Below, piece after piece: positions 9,267-17,029 of a stretch of DNA of 35,703 nt (the stretch's first letter is position 1; each line of letters begins with the position of its first letter). The translations under genes and the position numbers were made by a program. This stretch comes from a virus (lineage: Duplodnaviria > Caudoviricetes): positions 1 to 35,703 of IMG/VR virus record IMGVR_UViG_3300032218_002627. One strand, written 5' to 3'. Under the pieces are notes generated by a model. It worked only from the letters and a program-made list of their open reading frames with translations. It ran no database searches and had not been told where the DNA came from.

Positions 9267-9818
9267 TTATTTATTCTGGCGAGTCGGTAGCGCAGAGGTA
9301 AGGCTAAAGCGATCTGCTAGCCCTTCGATTTGGCTCTTAACTTCTGGCGGCATCAGTGACTGGGTGCGGGCATGTTGAGCAGCTGACTTATAGAGCTCCC
9401 TCCACTGTGCAACTAACGTAGTCTTTTCAGGACCATCAGTCATCTCGCATACAGCTAACCAACCACCAAGGCGCTCGCATAAGCTGGCGGCATTCTTGCC
9501 CATCCAAGGCTTAATGTCTGATTCATACCTAGATAGCTGCGAGCCATATTTAACAACGGCGGCATAAAGCTTTTCAGCAGCTTCGGGAGCATCCTTATCG
9601 GGATTACCCTCAATCATTTCGCGTAGTTCTTTGACTGACGGGAATGCTTCTTTTGTTGCTAAGGATGCTTGCATTAAATATCTGAGGATTGTTGGCGAGC
9701 AATCCTTAAAGAGCTCGTACCAAATGGCTCTAATTGTTGCGTTATTTTCTGGCGCATAACGTGGAAGCGCCGCTCTCATTAGATCGAACCAGCTGTTAAA
9801 TTCTTTTTCTGTGATCAT
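9267..9818 (-). CDS. Replication accessory protein (helicase loader/inhibitor-like, DUF6475-like)
   Basis: Coupled (ATGA) to the initiator. Shows IWYELFKD, FPSVKEL and LGGWLAVC patterns typical of genes in the lambda P/SPP1 G39P position. Confidence 0.6.
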   Translation of the reverse strand: MITEKEFNSWFDLMRAALPRYAPENNATIRAIWYELFKDCSPTILRYLMQASLATKEAFPSVKELREMIEGNPDKDAPEAAEKLYAAVVKYGSQLSRYESDIKPWMGKNAASLCERLGGWLAVCEMTDGPEKTTLVAQWRELYKSAAQHARTQSLMPPEVKSQIEGLADRFSLTSALPTRQNK

Positions 9819-10585
9819 TTGTTTCTAAACCAATATTGAACGTCATCCGTTGTGACGCCGTCCTCATTAAGAGGCCTTGTTGTGTCTGCTCTTTGCTCTT
9901 CTCTGATGTCGGCCAGTCTTTCGGCTGGTTTTTTCATTCTTGTCAGTATGTTATCTATTTTTCTCACTCCATTCTTGTTCACTACCAATAGGCCTTTAGG
10001 GCTGCAGGCATTTGGTCTCCAAAAGGTGTCGGCACTGACATAGTGAAACAGCTTGAGCATCCCAGCATGATCTAGTCCCACTGCCTGCCCTACCTTCTTT
10101 AGTTCGGTGCCAAACTCAGCCGCGTGCCATTTGGGATCGTTTGCTCTGTGCGGCATCTCGCTTACCGCCATCTCTAACCACTTTCTGCCTAGCTCTAGTT
10201 CATCGTCTGTTAGGTCGATTACCTCCGTTTTTTTCACGTATTTTCTCCGTGTTTTTTCCGTGTTTTTTTCGCACGGATTTAGCACGGATTCACTACAGAT
10301 TTGAATTAGCTTAATTGTTTCAAGTTCTTCGAGTGATGTTTTTAAGCTTTCCTTGTTTATGCCGCTTGTCAAAATCAAACAATCTGCGGTTTGCCTAATA
10401 CAGCCATACTCATCGCCTTGGCAAGCAAGATCTAACAGGATAACAAACAACAATTTGGCCTGTGGGCTTACTGACCACATCTTTGGGCTTGTGAGTAAGC
10501 CTGTGGATAACTTGAAAGCCTTGTGCTTTTTTATGTCTGATCTCAGTAGGTAAGAGCGCCAATCAACAATCTGAATCACAATCAT
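9815..10585 (-). CDS. Phage replication initiator (lambda O/DnaD-like architecture)
   Basis: Winged-helix-like N-terminus (SPQAKLLFVILLDLA...SLEELETIKLI), internal iteron array and C-terminal DTFWRPNACSP. Likely ATG at 10585 after GAGG (track start TTG 10597). Confidence 0.72.
   Translation of the reverse strand: MIVIQIVDWRSYLLRSDIKKHKAFKLSTGLLTSPKMWSVSPQAKLLFVILLDLACQGDEYGCIRQTADCLILTSGINKESLKTSLEELETIKLIQICSESVLNPCEKNTEKTRRKYVKKTEVIDLTDDELELGRKWLEMAVSEMPHRANDPKWHAAEFGTELKKVGQAVGLDHAGMLKLFHYVSADTFWRPNACSPKGLLVVNKNGVRKIDNILTRMKKPAERLADIREEQRADTTRPLNEDGVTTDDVQYWFRNK
10225..10290. repeat. Iteron array, putative replication origin
   Basis: About 11-bp phased units CCGTTTTTTTC, ACGTATTTTC, TCCGTGTTTTT, TCCGTGTTTTTTT, then two inverted copies GCACGGATT. 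Confidence 0.7.
10502..10510 (-). promoter_or_regulatory. Perfect DnaA box (TTATCCACA)
   Basis: TGTGGATAA on the + strand, about 210 bp from the iterons. A single copy could be chance. Confidence 0.35.
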
Positions 10586-10863
10586 TTCATGCCTCAATAG
10601 GAGTAATAGCCAACATATCAGCCAGTTATAGGTATCTATTTGAATTTTAATTTGGGGAGCGATAAGACTGGGTTGTCAGACTCAGTATTTCTATGCCCCG
10701 TTATTTTCAGTATTCTTCCAGTTTCTTTGTAGATGCGATCCCTAGAGTATGTGGTGTCCTGAGCGGTTGAAACCTACCCTGGTCAACCGCTCTTGGTCTA
10801 TTGTGTTCCGTTTTTAGTAATTATTGCGGTACGATTTCCCAATACACTTTGAAAGGGAAACGT

Positions 10864-11058
10864 ATGAAATTACCTGCTGATGTCTTGCCGTTACTCGAAG
10901 ACGCAAAAAAGGAAGCCACACCTTTTTGGCATGCCCTCCGTTACTGTCTGGTTTGGTTGGCTTATGTTGTGCTGGTGCCTTTTGCACTGGTCGGCAAATT
11001 CTTGGGCGATCTAGCCGTTAAGATCAAACCTGAGTTACCGAATGCTCCGGAAGCTTAG
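10864..11058 (+). CDS. Small membrane protein
   Basis: ATG at 10864 after AAGGGA; one hydrophobic segment, YCLVWLAYVVLVPFALVG. Confidence 0.6.
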   Translation: MKLPADVLPLLEDAKKEATPFWHALRYCLVWLAYVVLVPFALVGKFLGDLAVKIKPELPNAPEA

Positions 11059-11263
11059 GGCTTTTACGTTTCCAGATGAGAATTTGGGCGAATCGTTCTA
11101 AGAAGACCCCGGTATACCAGGCTGCGAGTATTAGCGGCAGCGTCGGGCCTGGTATGCCAACCAATACCGCCAGTATGATATCCCCGACATACATCTCACC
11201 CATATAGATTCTAAAAATAATCCAGGTAGAAAAGCCCGCAAGAAACCAAAGTAAAATTGGCAT
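11024..11263 (-). CDS. Holin-like membrane protein
   Basis: Two hydrophobic segments and a basic C-terminus (WKRKSPK); directly downstream of two lysins. Confidence 0.5.
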   Translation of the reverse strand: MPILLWFLAGFSTWIIFRIYMGEMYVGDIILAVLVGIPGPTLPLILAAWYTGVFLERFAQILIWKRKSPKLPEHSVTQV

Positions 11264-11850
11264 TAGCTTTTTCCCTTCACTGTAAATCTTTGTGTATCTA
11301 AGTAGTTATAAAACTCCATTTGGCGACGCATGGCGCGCAGGTGAGCAGCGACATGCTTATTGCCCAACTTTCCAGCGTATGGATCTTTGCCAGTTCTTAG
11401 GTAAAGATCCGCGCCAGCCGTTCCCTGCCGGTGAACAAGGGCGACCAGCTCAGCGTCACTGAGCACTGTCTTTTTCTTCCGGGTAGCAGATAGCCATGGG
11501 CTGACAATCAGATCGTAATAGGTGTCAAAAAGCATGTCCTGGCGCACACCCATACTGATCTTGAGGTTTTCACTGGCACCTCTAGGCGGCACCGATGTTG
11601 ACCATCTCATTCCTGCGTTATCTTTAAAAAATTTGTCCCAGCCTTTCACAAACTGATATTTGCCTGATGCAGAGCTTTGTTTGTTTCTGGCCGATACATC
11701 ATTGCCTGATTCAATCTCGCCAAGGGCAGTGCGAACAGTCACATAGTATTTGTCAGACTGACTGGCCTTTTCAGGCAGTCGGTAGTCCATCGCTAGTGTT
11801 TTTGTGGTCATAGCTAGCACTCCCAGCACTAGATATAGGGTTTTCTTCAT
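11263..11850 (-). CDS. Secreted lysozyme-fold/lytic transglycosylase
   Basis: Signal peptide MKKTLYLVLGVLAMTTKTLA; catalytic IES...ARNKQSSASGKYQF motif. Confidence 0.78.
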   Translation of the reverse strand: MKKTLYLVLGVLAMTTKTLAMDYRLPEKASQSDKYYVTVRTALGEIESGNDVSARNKQSSASGKYQFVKGWDKFFKDNAGMRWSTSVPPRGASENLKISMGVRQDMLFDTYYDLIVSPWLSATRKKKTVLSDAELVALVHRQGTAGADLYLRTGKDPYAGKLGNKHVAAHLRAMRRQMEFYNYLDTQRFTVKGKS

Positions 11851-12455
11851 GCATCACCAGGGCTTTCCCCCAGCCTTTCGCGCAGCTGAGCCATGCTCAT
11901 AGATAGGACACCTCCGGGATCCGACTTTCTTCCCGATGGCAGGGCGCACTCGTCGTGTCCGCATACATTTTCTCTTTTAATTCCGCGAAGTAGGCACCAG
12001 CGCAAAAATGTCATCAGACTCTTTTCTTGCTCGGCGGTAGCTATGTGCCATGAGTAAAGAGCGTTTGAGAGATTGCCAGGTCGTTTGGCGACTTGAACTC
12101 CAGGTACTTCGCTTCCGTTCCAGGCAAAAAACTTGCCGTCTTTAGGGCTTACCGCTCCCCAGCTAACCAGAGATACGGCAATGTGCTGGCGGTTAGGGCT
12201 GACATTGTTCCATTTGGCAACCCCCGCATGATTGACGCGCTGGCTGAAATAGGTCGTTTGGATCACTGTGCCGTCACGGTCGATGATGATGTGATAGCCG
12301 AGGCCGTCACTGACAAGAGAATCGATGAGCCGACCGACTTTAATGTCGGCGGTATCGTGAATGGTGACACCTTCAACGTCTATCATCGGCCCGGCCGACA
12401 TAGACATTGGGGAGATCAGTTTTTGCGTACCACGGTAAATGTCTGGAAGCATCAT
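11847..12455 (-). CDS. N-acetylmuramoyl-L-alanine amidase (Amidase_2) endolysin
   Basis: VTIHDT, GYHIIIDRDG, NHAG, VCGHDE and RKSDPG zinc-amidase motifs. Confidence 0.92.
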   Translation of the reverse strand: MMLPDIYRGTQKLISPMSMSAGPMIDVEGVTIHDTADIKVGRLIDSLVSDGLGYHIIIDRDGTVIQTTYFSQRVNHAGVAKWNNVSPNRQHIAVSLVSWGAVSPKDGKFFAWNGSEVPGVQVAKRPGNLSNALYSWHIATAEQEKSLMTFLRWCLLRGIKRENVCGHDECALPSGRKSDPGGVLSMSMAQLRERLGESPGDA

Positions 12456-12563
12456 GGCTAAAACTCCCTGAAGTAGGTGATGGTTACTGATTTTACTTGG
12501 TCTATTGGTGATCTTATCAGAGCGATGAGAGATGAGCGGCGGACGAGGGAAAGGCTAAACCCT

Positions 12564-12737
12564 TTAAAGCTCTTTGCCGCATACCTGTTCAAGGCGAACC
12601 ACTTGCGCTTCCAGCTGCGATAATCTGGTGTCGTTTTGATATGCAATCCTTTCAATGTCGGTTGAGACAGTTACAAGAAAGCGAACGGCCAGGTAAAAGA
12701 TGCAAACGCCTAAAATAAATACGATTTTATCGCTCAT
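12564..12737 (-). CDS. Small protein with N-terminal TM and coiled coil
   Basis: MSDKIVFILGVCIFYLAVRFLV followed by RLSQLEAQVVRLEQV. Start uncertain. Confidence 0.5.
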   Translation of the reverse strand: MSDKIVFILGVCIFYLAVRFLVTVSTDIERIAYQNDTRLSQLEAQVVRLEQVCGKEL

Positions 12738-12898
12738 ACGCACTGGAGTAGTCTGCACTGAGTGCCCCCCCTTTGATGCCGCCGTTATTTAATTGTGTTT
12801 GGATTCCCTCATTATAACTGATGAGGGCTCAATCTGTGTCTGCGTAAACAAAATAATTTTAAAAAATCAAGTCTATCTATGCAAAAATGTTCTCATCT

Positions 12899-12926
12899 TT
12901 GACTTTGCTTACGATTTTGATAGACT
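12899..12926 (+). promoter_or_regulatory. Putative sigma70 promoter of the early operon
   Basis: TTGACT-N16-TAGACT in the AT-rich divergent intergenic region, upstream of a strong RBS. Confidence 0.45.
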
Positions 12927-12976
12927 AATAATGCATACTTTAGTATTACGATAATCTCTAAACAGGGAGAGGGATT

Positions 12977-13219
12977 ATGAACAGACTAGAGATGGAAGAA
13001 GAGCTTGCGGCACTTGGATATGATCTTGAGTCACTTGGTTTTTGGTCTGACCAAGCGATTGAAATGACGTACAACGCTGAGACTAATAATGCTGATTTGG
13101 AGCTAGAAACATGCGGACTGGTAGGCCAGCGTTACAAAGAAACGAGATCGCGCATCGGCAGTCTTTCACTATGTCCACCGATCTTAAATCTCGGCTTTGG
13201 AAAATCGCTGTTGCACTGA
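12977..13219 (+). CDS. Acidic hypothetical protein (first early gene)
   Basis: Strong RBS AGGGAGAGGG; 3' part overlaps the next gene. Confidence 0.55.
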   Translation: MNRLEMEEELAALGYDLESLGFWSDQAIEMTYNAETNNADLELETCGLVGQRYKETRSRIGSLSLCPPILNLGFGKSLLH

Positions 13220-13299
13220 AAACTGAAAACGTATCGAAAACATTACGAATAATCATAGAAGACTATTGGGAGAGGCATCACAATGACAAGTCTAAGTGA
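13111..13299 (+). CDS. Ribbon-helix-helix DNA-binding regulator
   Basis: GGAG RBS; GRP arm, alternating strand RQSFTM, helices STDLKSRLWKIA and NVSKTLRIIIEDYW. Confidence 0.6.
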   Translation: MRTGRPALQRNEIAHRQSFTMSTDLKSRLWKIAVALKTENVSKTLRIIIEDYWERHHNDKSK

Positions 13300-13792
13300 C
13301 CTGAGCAATTTACTCAACCTTATCGACGACGACTTAGCACCGGAAGAGTTTGAACCGGAAGCTATCGTTGGAGAAATCCGCGACAAGATAGACGCTATTA
13401 AGTGGAAATTGGATGCGTGGCAAGCCCACGCTGACTCTATCCAAACTGACTGGATCGATCCTCTCACCAAGCGCAAAAGGGCTTTAGAAGGCAAAATTGA
13501 GCGACTTAAGGACTACTGCACCCACGTTATGACAAGGGACAAAGTCACAAGCTTTCCCGGCAATGCATTCAGAATTGATCTGCGCCATCGCCAGTCTGTT
13601 GAGTGCAAAGTCGCAGCTGGATCAAACGACGCGCTGACTTACCCAGAGTATGTGAAAACAAAAATCACTTACGATTGGGACAAGATCAAGCTCCTAGAAA
13701 AGCTTCGCCAGGGCGAAAACCTCGACTTTGCCAGCCTTAAAACAAAAAATTATGTGACATTCCCAGTAGCTAAAGGAGCAAAAGCTAAATGA
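13283..13792 (+). CDS. Siphovirus Gp157/Gam-like protein
   Basis: DKIDAI...LTKRKRALEGKIERLKDY coiled coil and PEYVKTKITYDWDKIKL; adjacent to recT. Confidence 0.72.
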   Translation: MTSLSDLSNLLNLIDDDLAPEEFEPEAIVGEIRDKIDAIKWKLDAWQAHADSIQTDWIDPLTKRKRALEGKIERLKDYCTHVMTRDKVTSFPGNAFRIDLRHRQSVECKVAAGSNDALTYPEYVKTKITYDWDKIKLLEKLRQGENLDFASLKTKNYVTFPVAKGAKAK

Positions 13793-14724
13793 ATCAGCCA
13801 GTTACACGACAAACGACACAGACACAAGTAGCTAAAACGCAAGATCAAGTGGGCGGTGTTGCCGTCCTAATGAAGCAATACAAGTCACAGATCGAGGCGG
13901 CACTGCCTAAGCACGTAACGGCCGATAGGTTAATGAGAGTGTGCCTCACAGAGCTTCGTAAGAACCCAAGCCTGCAGAAATGCGATCCGATGAGCTTCCT
14001 TGGCTCAGTGGTCACTGCAGCCAGCCTTGGTCTGGAGCCCGGAAGCGCCCTTGGTCAGTGTTACCTGATCCCATACGGCAATGAGTGCCAATTTCAGATC
14101 GGCTATAGGGGCATGATCGACATTGCCCGCCGGTCAGGGAATATCGTTAGCATCACGGCATGGGCTGTATACGAGGGCGATGATTTTACTGTGGTGGCTG
14201 GCACAGAGGAAAGTCTCGTCCATAAGCCCAAGTTTGAGACAGAGGTGATGACACATTGCTATGCCGTTGCGAAGCTACAAGGCGGCGGTGTCCAGTTCTG
14301 TGTGATGAGCCGTAAGCAGCTGGATTCACACAGAGAGCGGTACAGCAAAAACAATCCCGCGTGGAAAACGGCATTCGAGGAAATGTGCAAAAAGACAGTG
14401 ATCAAAAAGCTGTTCAAACTTCTGCCCACGTCGATTGAGCTATCGCGCGCCATGGAATCTGAGGAAGTAAAACCTCACGAGATTCTTGATGCTGACTATG
14501 TGCAAACTCCACAAAAAGTGGACCCCAAAAAGTTGGCCGAGCTATATGATGAGGAAGAGGCAGCTGCTATTGCTCAAGATGTTCAGATGTTCCGCAATAA
14601 GTTTGCGAAGCTTTTGACCGAGGGCAAGAAAGCACCGGCACCATGTGGGGACAACCCAGCAGCATGGGCACAAAAGGCCAGTCTTGGCGAGCTTGCTGCT
14701 GCCGTTCACTCGATGAGTACCTAA
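13789..14724 (+). CDS. recT: RecT single-strand annealing recombinase
   Basis: ALPKHVTADRL, LGLEP..LGQCYLIPY, QFQIGYRGMIDIARRSG and EEMCKKTVIKKLFKLLPTSIE. Confidence 0.95.
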   Translation: MNQPVTRQTTQTQVAKTQDQVGGVAVLMKQYKSQIEAALPKHVTADRLMRVCLTELRKNPSLQKCDPMSFLGSVVTAASLGLEPGSALGQCYLIPYGNECQFQIGYRGMIDIARRSGNIVSITAWAVYEGDDFTVVAGTEESLVHKPKFETEVMTHCYAVAKLQGGGVQFCVMSRKQLDSHRERYSKNNPAWKTAFEEMCKKTVIKKLFKLLPTSIELSRAMESEEVKPHEILDADYVQTPQKVDPKKLAELYDEEEAAAIAQDVQMFRNKFAKLLTEGKKAPAPCGDNPAAWAQKASLGELAAAVHSMST

Positions 14725-14764
14725 ACCTGTGATACCATTCCCATGTCGTGGGAATTGGCTAAGG

Positions 14765-14806
14765 TGCGGGCTTTCGGGTAATACTGGGAGCCCGCATTTT
14801 GTTTTT
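14765..14806 (+). terminator. Intrinsic terminator-like hairpin after recT
   Basis: TGCGGGCTTTCGG/CTGGGAGCCCGCA stem followed by TTTTGTTTTT. Confidence 0.65.
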
Positions 14807-14808
14807 AG

Positions 14809-14884
14809 TGGCGAGTAGCTCAGTTGGTAGAGTCGGTGACTGTTAATCACCCCGTCGGAGGTTCGAGCCCTTCCTCGCCAGCCA
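14809..14884 (+). tRNA. tRNA-Asn (GTT)
   Basis: Acceptor TGGCGAG/CTCGCCA, D arm GCTC-AGTTGGTA-GAGT, anticodon arm GGTGA-CT-GTT-AA-TCACC, T arm GGAGG-TTCGAGC-CCTTC, G73 and encoded CCA; 76 nt. Confidence 0.95.
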
Positions 14885-14902
14885 CCCTATTTAGGACATC
14901 CC

Positions 14903-15154
14903 ATGAAAGCTACACTGACTTTTAACCTACCGGAAGAACAAGAAGAATTTGACGTTGCATGTAGGGCAGCAGGTGCTTTTGCTGCGCTGGCTGATGTAAG
15001 GGAACACATTTTTAGGCCAGCCAGGAAGCATGGTTACAGCGACATGGAAATTAATGGACTAATCGATAGGATTGGCCATGACGCTAATAATTTGATTTAT
15101 GAATTAGAGTGCCGGTTCAATGCCATCCTATTTGACCGTGGGATTGACCTATGA
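14903..15154 (+). CDS. Phage hypothetical protein
   Basis: AGGA RBS; the MKATLTFNLPEE N-terminus is a pattern common in small phage proteins. Confidence 0.75.
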   Translation: MKATLTFNLPEEQEEFDVACRAAGAFAALADVREHIFRPARKHGYSDMEINGLIDRIGHDANNLIYELECRFNAILFDRGIDL

Positions 15155-15246
15155 CCACTTTCCTGATCATTGCCGCTTATATGGCCTTTGCCGTTGGCAT
15201 GGGCTGGTGGCTATCAGCGCTTTCCAAGAAATACCCGGATGAGTAA
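15151..15246 (+). CDS. 31-aa single-TM peptide (not in the ORF track)
   Basis: MTTFLIIAAYMAFAVGMGWWLSALSKKYPDE; ATGA-coupled to the previous stop and ends 3 nt before the next start. Confidence 0.6.
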   Translation: MTTFLIIAAYMAFAVGMGWWLSALSKKYPDE

Positions 15247-15249
15247 CAA

Positions 15250-15534
15250 ATGAATATCATCGAAGCAATTAAGAGCGGTAAAGGATTTAGGCGCAAGGAT
15301 TGGCAATGGCGAAATGTTGCTTTTATTGAGCCATTTAAAAATGGCGTTGGTATGCAAAGGCTTGAAATTGATTACGCTTCTATTGTTGCCGACGATTGGG
15401 AAGTTGAGGCAGCGCCGGTGACGATTACCAGAGAGCAATTTTTTGAAGCTTATGCCTATTCAGTAGGCGAATTAAAAGCAAATTCAACAAATAGCGAATT
15501 GATGGAAATGATGGCCAAGAGGTTAGGTCTATGA
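15250..15534 (+). CDS. DUF2829/Tad2-like protein, paralogue 1
   Basis: MNIIEAIKSGKGFRRKDW ... SIVADDWEV pattern. Confidence 0.5.
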   Translation: MNIIEAIKSGKGFRRKDWQWRNVAFIEPFKNGVGMQRLEIDYASIVADDWEVEAAPVTITREQFFEAYAYSVGELKANSTNSELMEMMAKRLGL

Positions 15535-15791
15535 ACATCATCGAAGCAGTAAAAATGGGCACATGGATTAGGCGAACCAGCAAAAAATCTATGTCTTTTC
15601 GTTTTGGCATAAATGAGGAAGTCATTGAATTTACTCGTGAAGACCTTCTTGCTGATGACTGGGAGGCTGAGCCACAGGGAGTGACAATTACCCGCGAGAA
15701 GTTTAATGCCGCGTGGGATAGAGCAACACCGTTTGATCATCTTATCGACGAACAAAAACGAGACCTTGTAGCCAAAGAGCTCGGCCTATAG
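15531..15791 (+). CDS. DUF2829/Tad2-like protein, paralogue 2
   Basis: MNIIEAVKMGTWIRR ... EDLLADDWEA; clearly paralogous to the previous gene. Confidence 0.5.
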   Translation: MNIIEAVKMGTWIRRTSKKSMSFRFGINEEVIEFTREDLLADDWEAEPQGVTITREKFNAAWDRATPFDHLIDEQKRDLVAKELGL

Positions 15792-15794
15792 CCA

Positions 15795-16379
15795 TCACGT
15801 ACCTGTGCAGCGCAGGAAATCGGGCTTTAGTGTCAGGACGTTGGCTGCTGCCTTACCGTCCACTTCTGCCTCCCTGTAGCGGCATAGGTACTGTGTTACG
15901 CCGCCGCACTGTGCCGATGCACAACCAATCTCTGTCGTTTGCTTCCAGACCATTTGTGAAAATCTTTTCATTGTCGGCGGTATGGCATCACGTCCATATG
16001 GAAAAGAAATCATTCCGCTCAGATACCACTGATCAAGCGCATTGATGATGCTACTTCCTGTGCCCAGTGATTCGCCGTGGTCTAGACCAAGGGCTAAGTC
16101 GCAGCTGGCGAGGCGGGCTTTCGCCTTTTCCTCGAGGTCGGTTGCCCACGCGACTTTACCGACGTTGTGCCAGCAGCGTTTGAGATTGTGGAATATCAGG
16201 TACTCTTGCTGGTCTACGATATTACCGCCGCCGCCTCCACCTCCTGGCACTGAAATAGGAGGCAGTGGAGAGCCTGGTTGTTGCTCTGATGGCGGCGGCA
16301 GTGGCTGTGATGGTGCGGGGTCTTTCTTGTGACCACCGCACGCCGTGATAAGAGCAATGATTATAAGTAGATGCTTCAT
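15795..16379 (-). CDS. Lipoprotein with PR-1-like CAP (SCP) domain
   Basis: Lipobox LITAC, Pro/Gly linker, HNLKR, VAWATDLE, GESL and FSQMVWKQTTEIGCA...YLCRY. Confidence 0.82.
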   Translation of the reverse strand: MKHLLIIIALITACGGHKKDPAPSQPLPPPSEQQPGSPLPPISVPGGGGGGGNIVDQQEYLIFHNLKRCWHNVGKVAWATDLEEKAKARLASCDLALGLDHGESLGTGSSIINALDQWYLSGMISFPYGRDAIPPTMKRFSQMVWKQTTEIGCASAQCGGVTQYLCRYREAEVDGKAAANVLTLKPDFLRCTGT

Positions 16380-17029
16380 TTTTGAAATATCACCACCCAG
16401 TAGTTTTGGAACATTGCGACACCCATCTTTTTCTGTCCGCCGTCATACATAATGGCCGCATGTCCGGGTGACAGTGTCCAGGCACTCACTGCCTCTGCTG
16501 CACTGCCTTGGCCACAGGCAATGATCTCGCCATTTGCGAACGTCCCGCAGTCTTTTGCTCTGTCCCATGGGCTCGAGCCATCGCTGCCTGTGTGGGAACA
16601 CATGCCGCGTGATCCGGTGTCTTTGGCATGTCTGGCTGCTGCACAGTTAAGGGCAGGTAGGATCTCTACAGCTGACAGGCCACGTGATGCGCGGGCTTTA
16701 TTTACCTCGGCACCGACACCTGCAGCGTCACCCTCTGTTGGTGTTCCGGGACTGGGAGATGGAGTGGGTGACGGCGCAGGCGATGGGGACGGAGATGGGG
16801 ACGGATTGCATTTAGGCACGCCAGGAATATCCGGGATGGACGGAATGCCGGGGATAGGAATGGGGATATTTGGGATACATGGAAACCCGCCGCCTGGAGA
16901 TGGGGACGGAGCGGGAGCCGGTGCTGGTGTTGGCATTGGTGCTGGAGTAGGAGCTGGATCAGATTTTTTATCTCGGCCACAGGCAAAGAAAATAGATAGT
17001 GAGATCAGGGAAATGGCTAGTTTCTTCAT
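16376..17029 (-). CDS. Lipoprotein with bacterial (YkwD-like) CAP domain
   Basis: Lipobox FFAC, long (PA/PS)n linker, VNKAR, AAARHA, SHTGSDGS, GEIIACGQ, WTLSPGH and YWVVIF. Confidence 0.9.
   Translation of the reverse strand: MKKLAISLISLSIFFACGRDKKSDPAPTPAPMPTPAPAPAPSPSPGGGFPCIPNIPIPIPGIPSIPDIPGVPKCNPSPSPSPSPAPSPTPSPSPGTPTEGDAAGVGAEVNKARASRGLSAVEILPALNCAAARHAKDTGSRGMCSHTGSDGSSPWDRAKDCGTFANGEIIACGQGSAAEAVSAWTLSPGHAAIMYDGGQKKMGVAMFQNYWVVIFQK

Noticed and set aside
12458-12655. 65-aa minus-strand ORF
   Set aside because: TTG start, heavy overlap with the better TM/coiled-coil ORF and no recognisable features; left uncalled.
12806-12827. CTGATGAG hammerhead core (also at 17913)
   Set aside because: There is no stem II plus GAAA partner. 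Here it is part of a simple CCCTCAT/ATGAGGG hairpin; the other copy encodes the end of a CDS.
14809-14884. tRNA as attP/prophage boundary
   Set aside because: No integrase, no duplicated tRNA 3' end and no host genes on either side.
16740-16960. CRISPR-like or regulatory repeats (GGAGATGGGGACGGA etc.)
   Set aside because: They are explained by the Pro-Ser/Pro-Ala linker codons of the CAP lipoprotein; no repeat-spacer periodicity.
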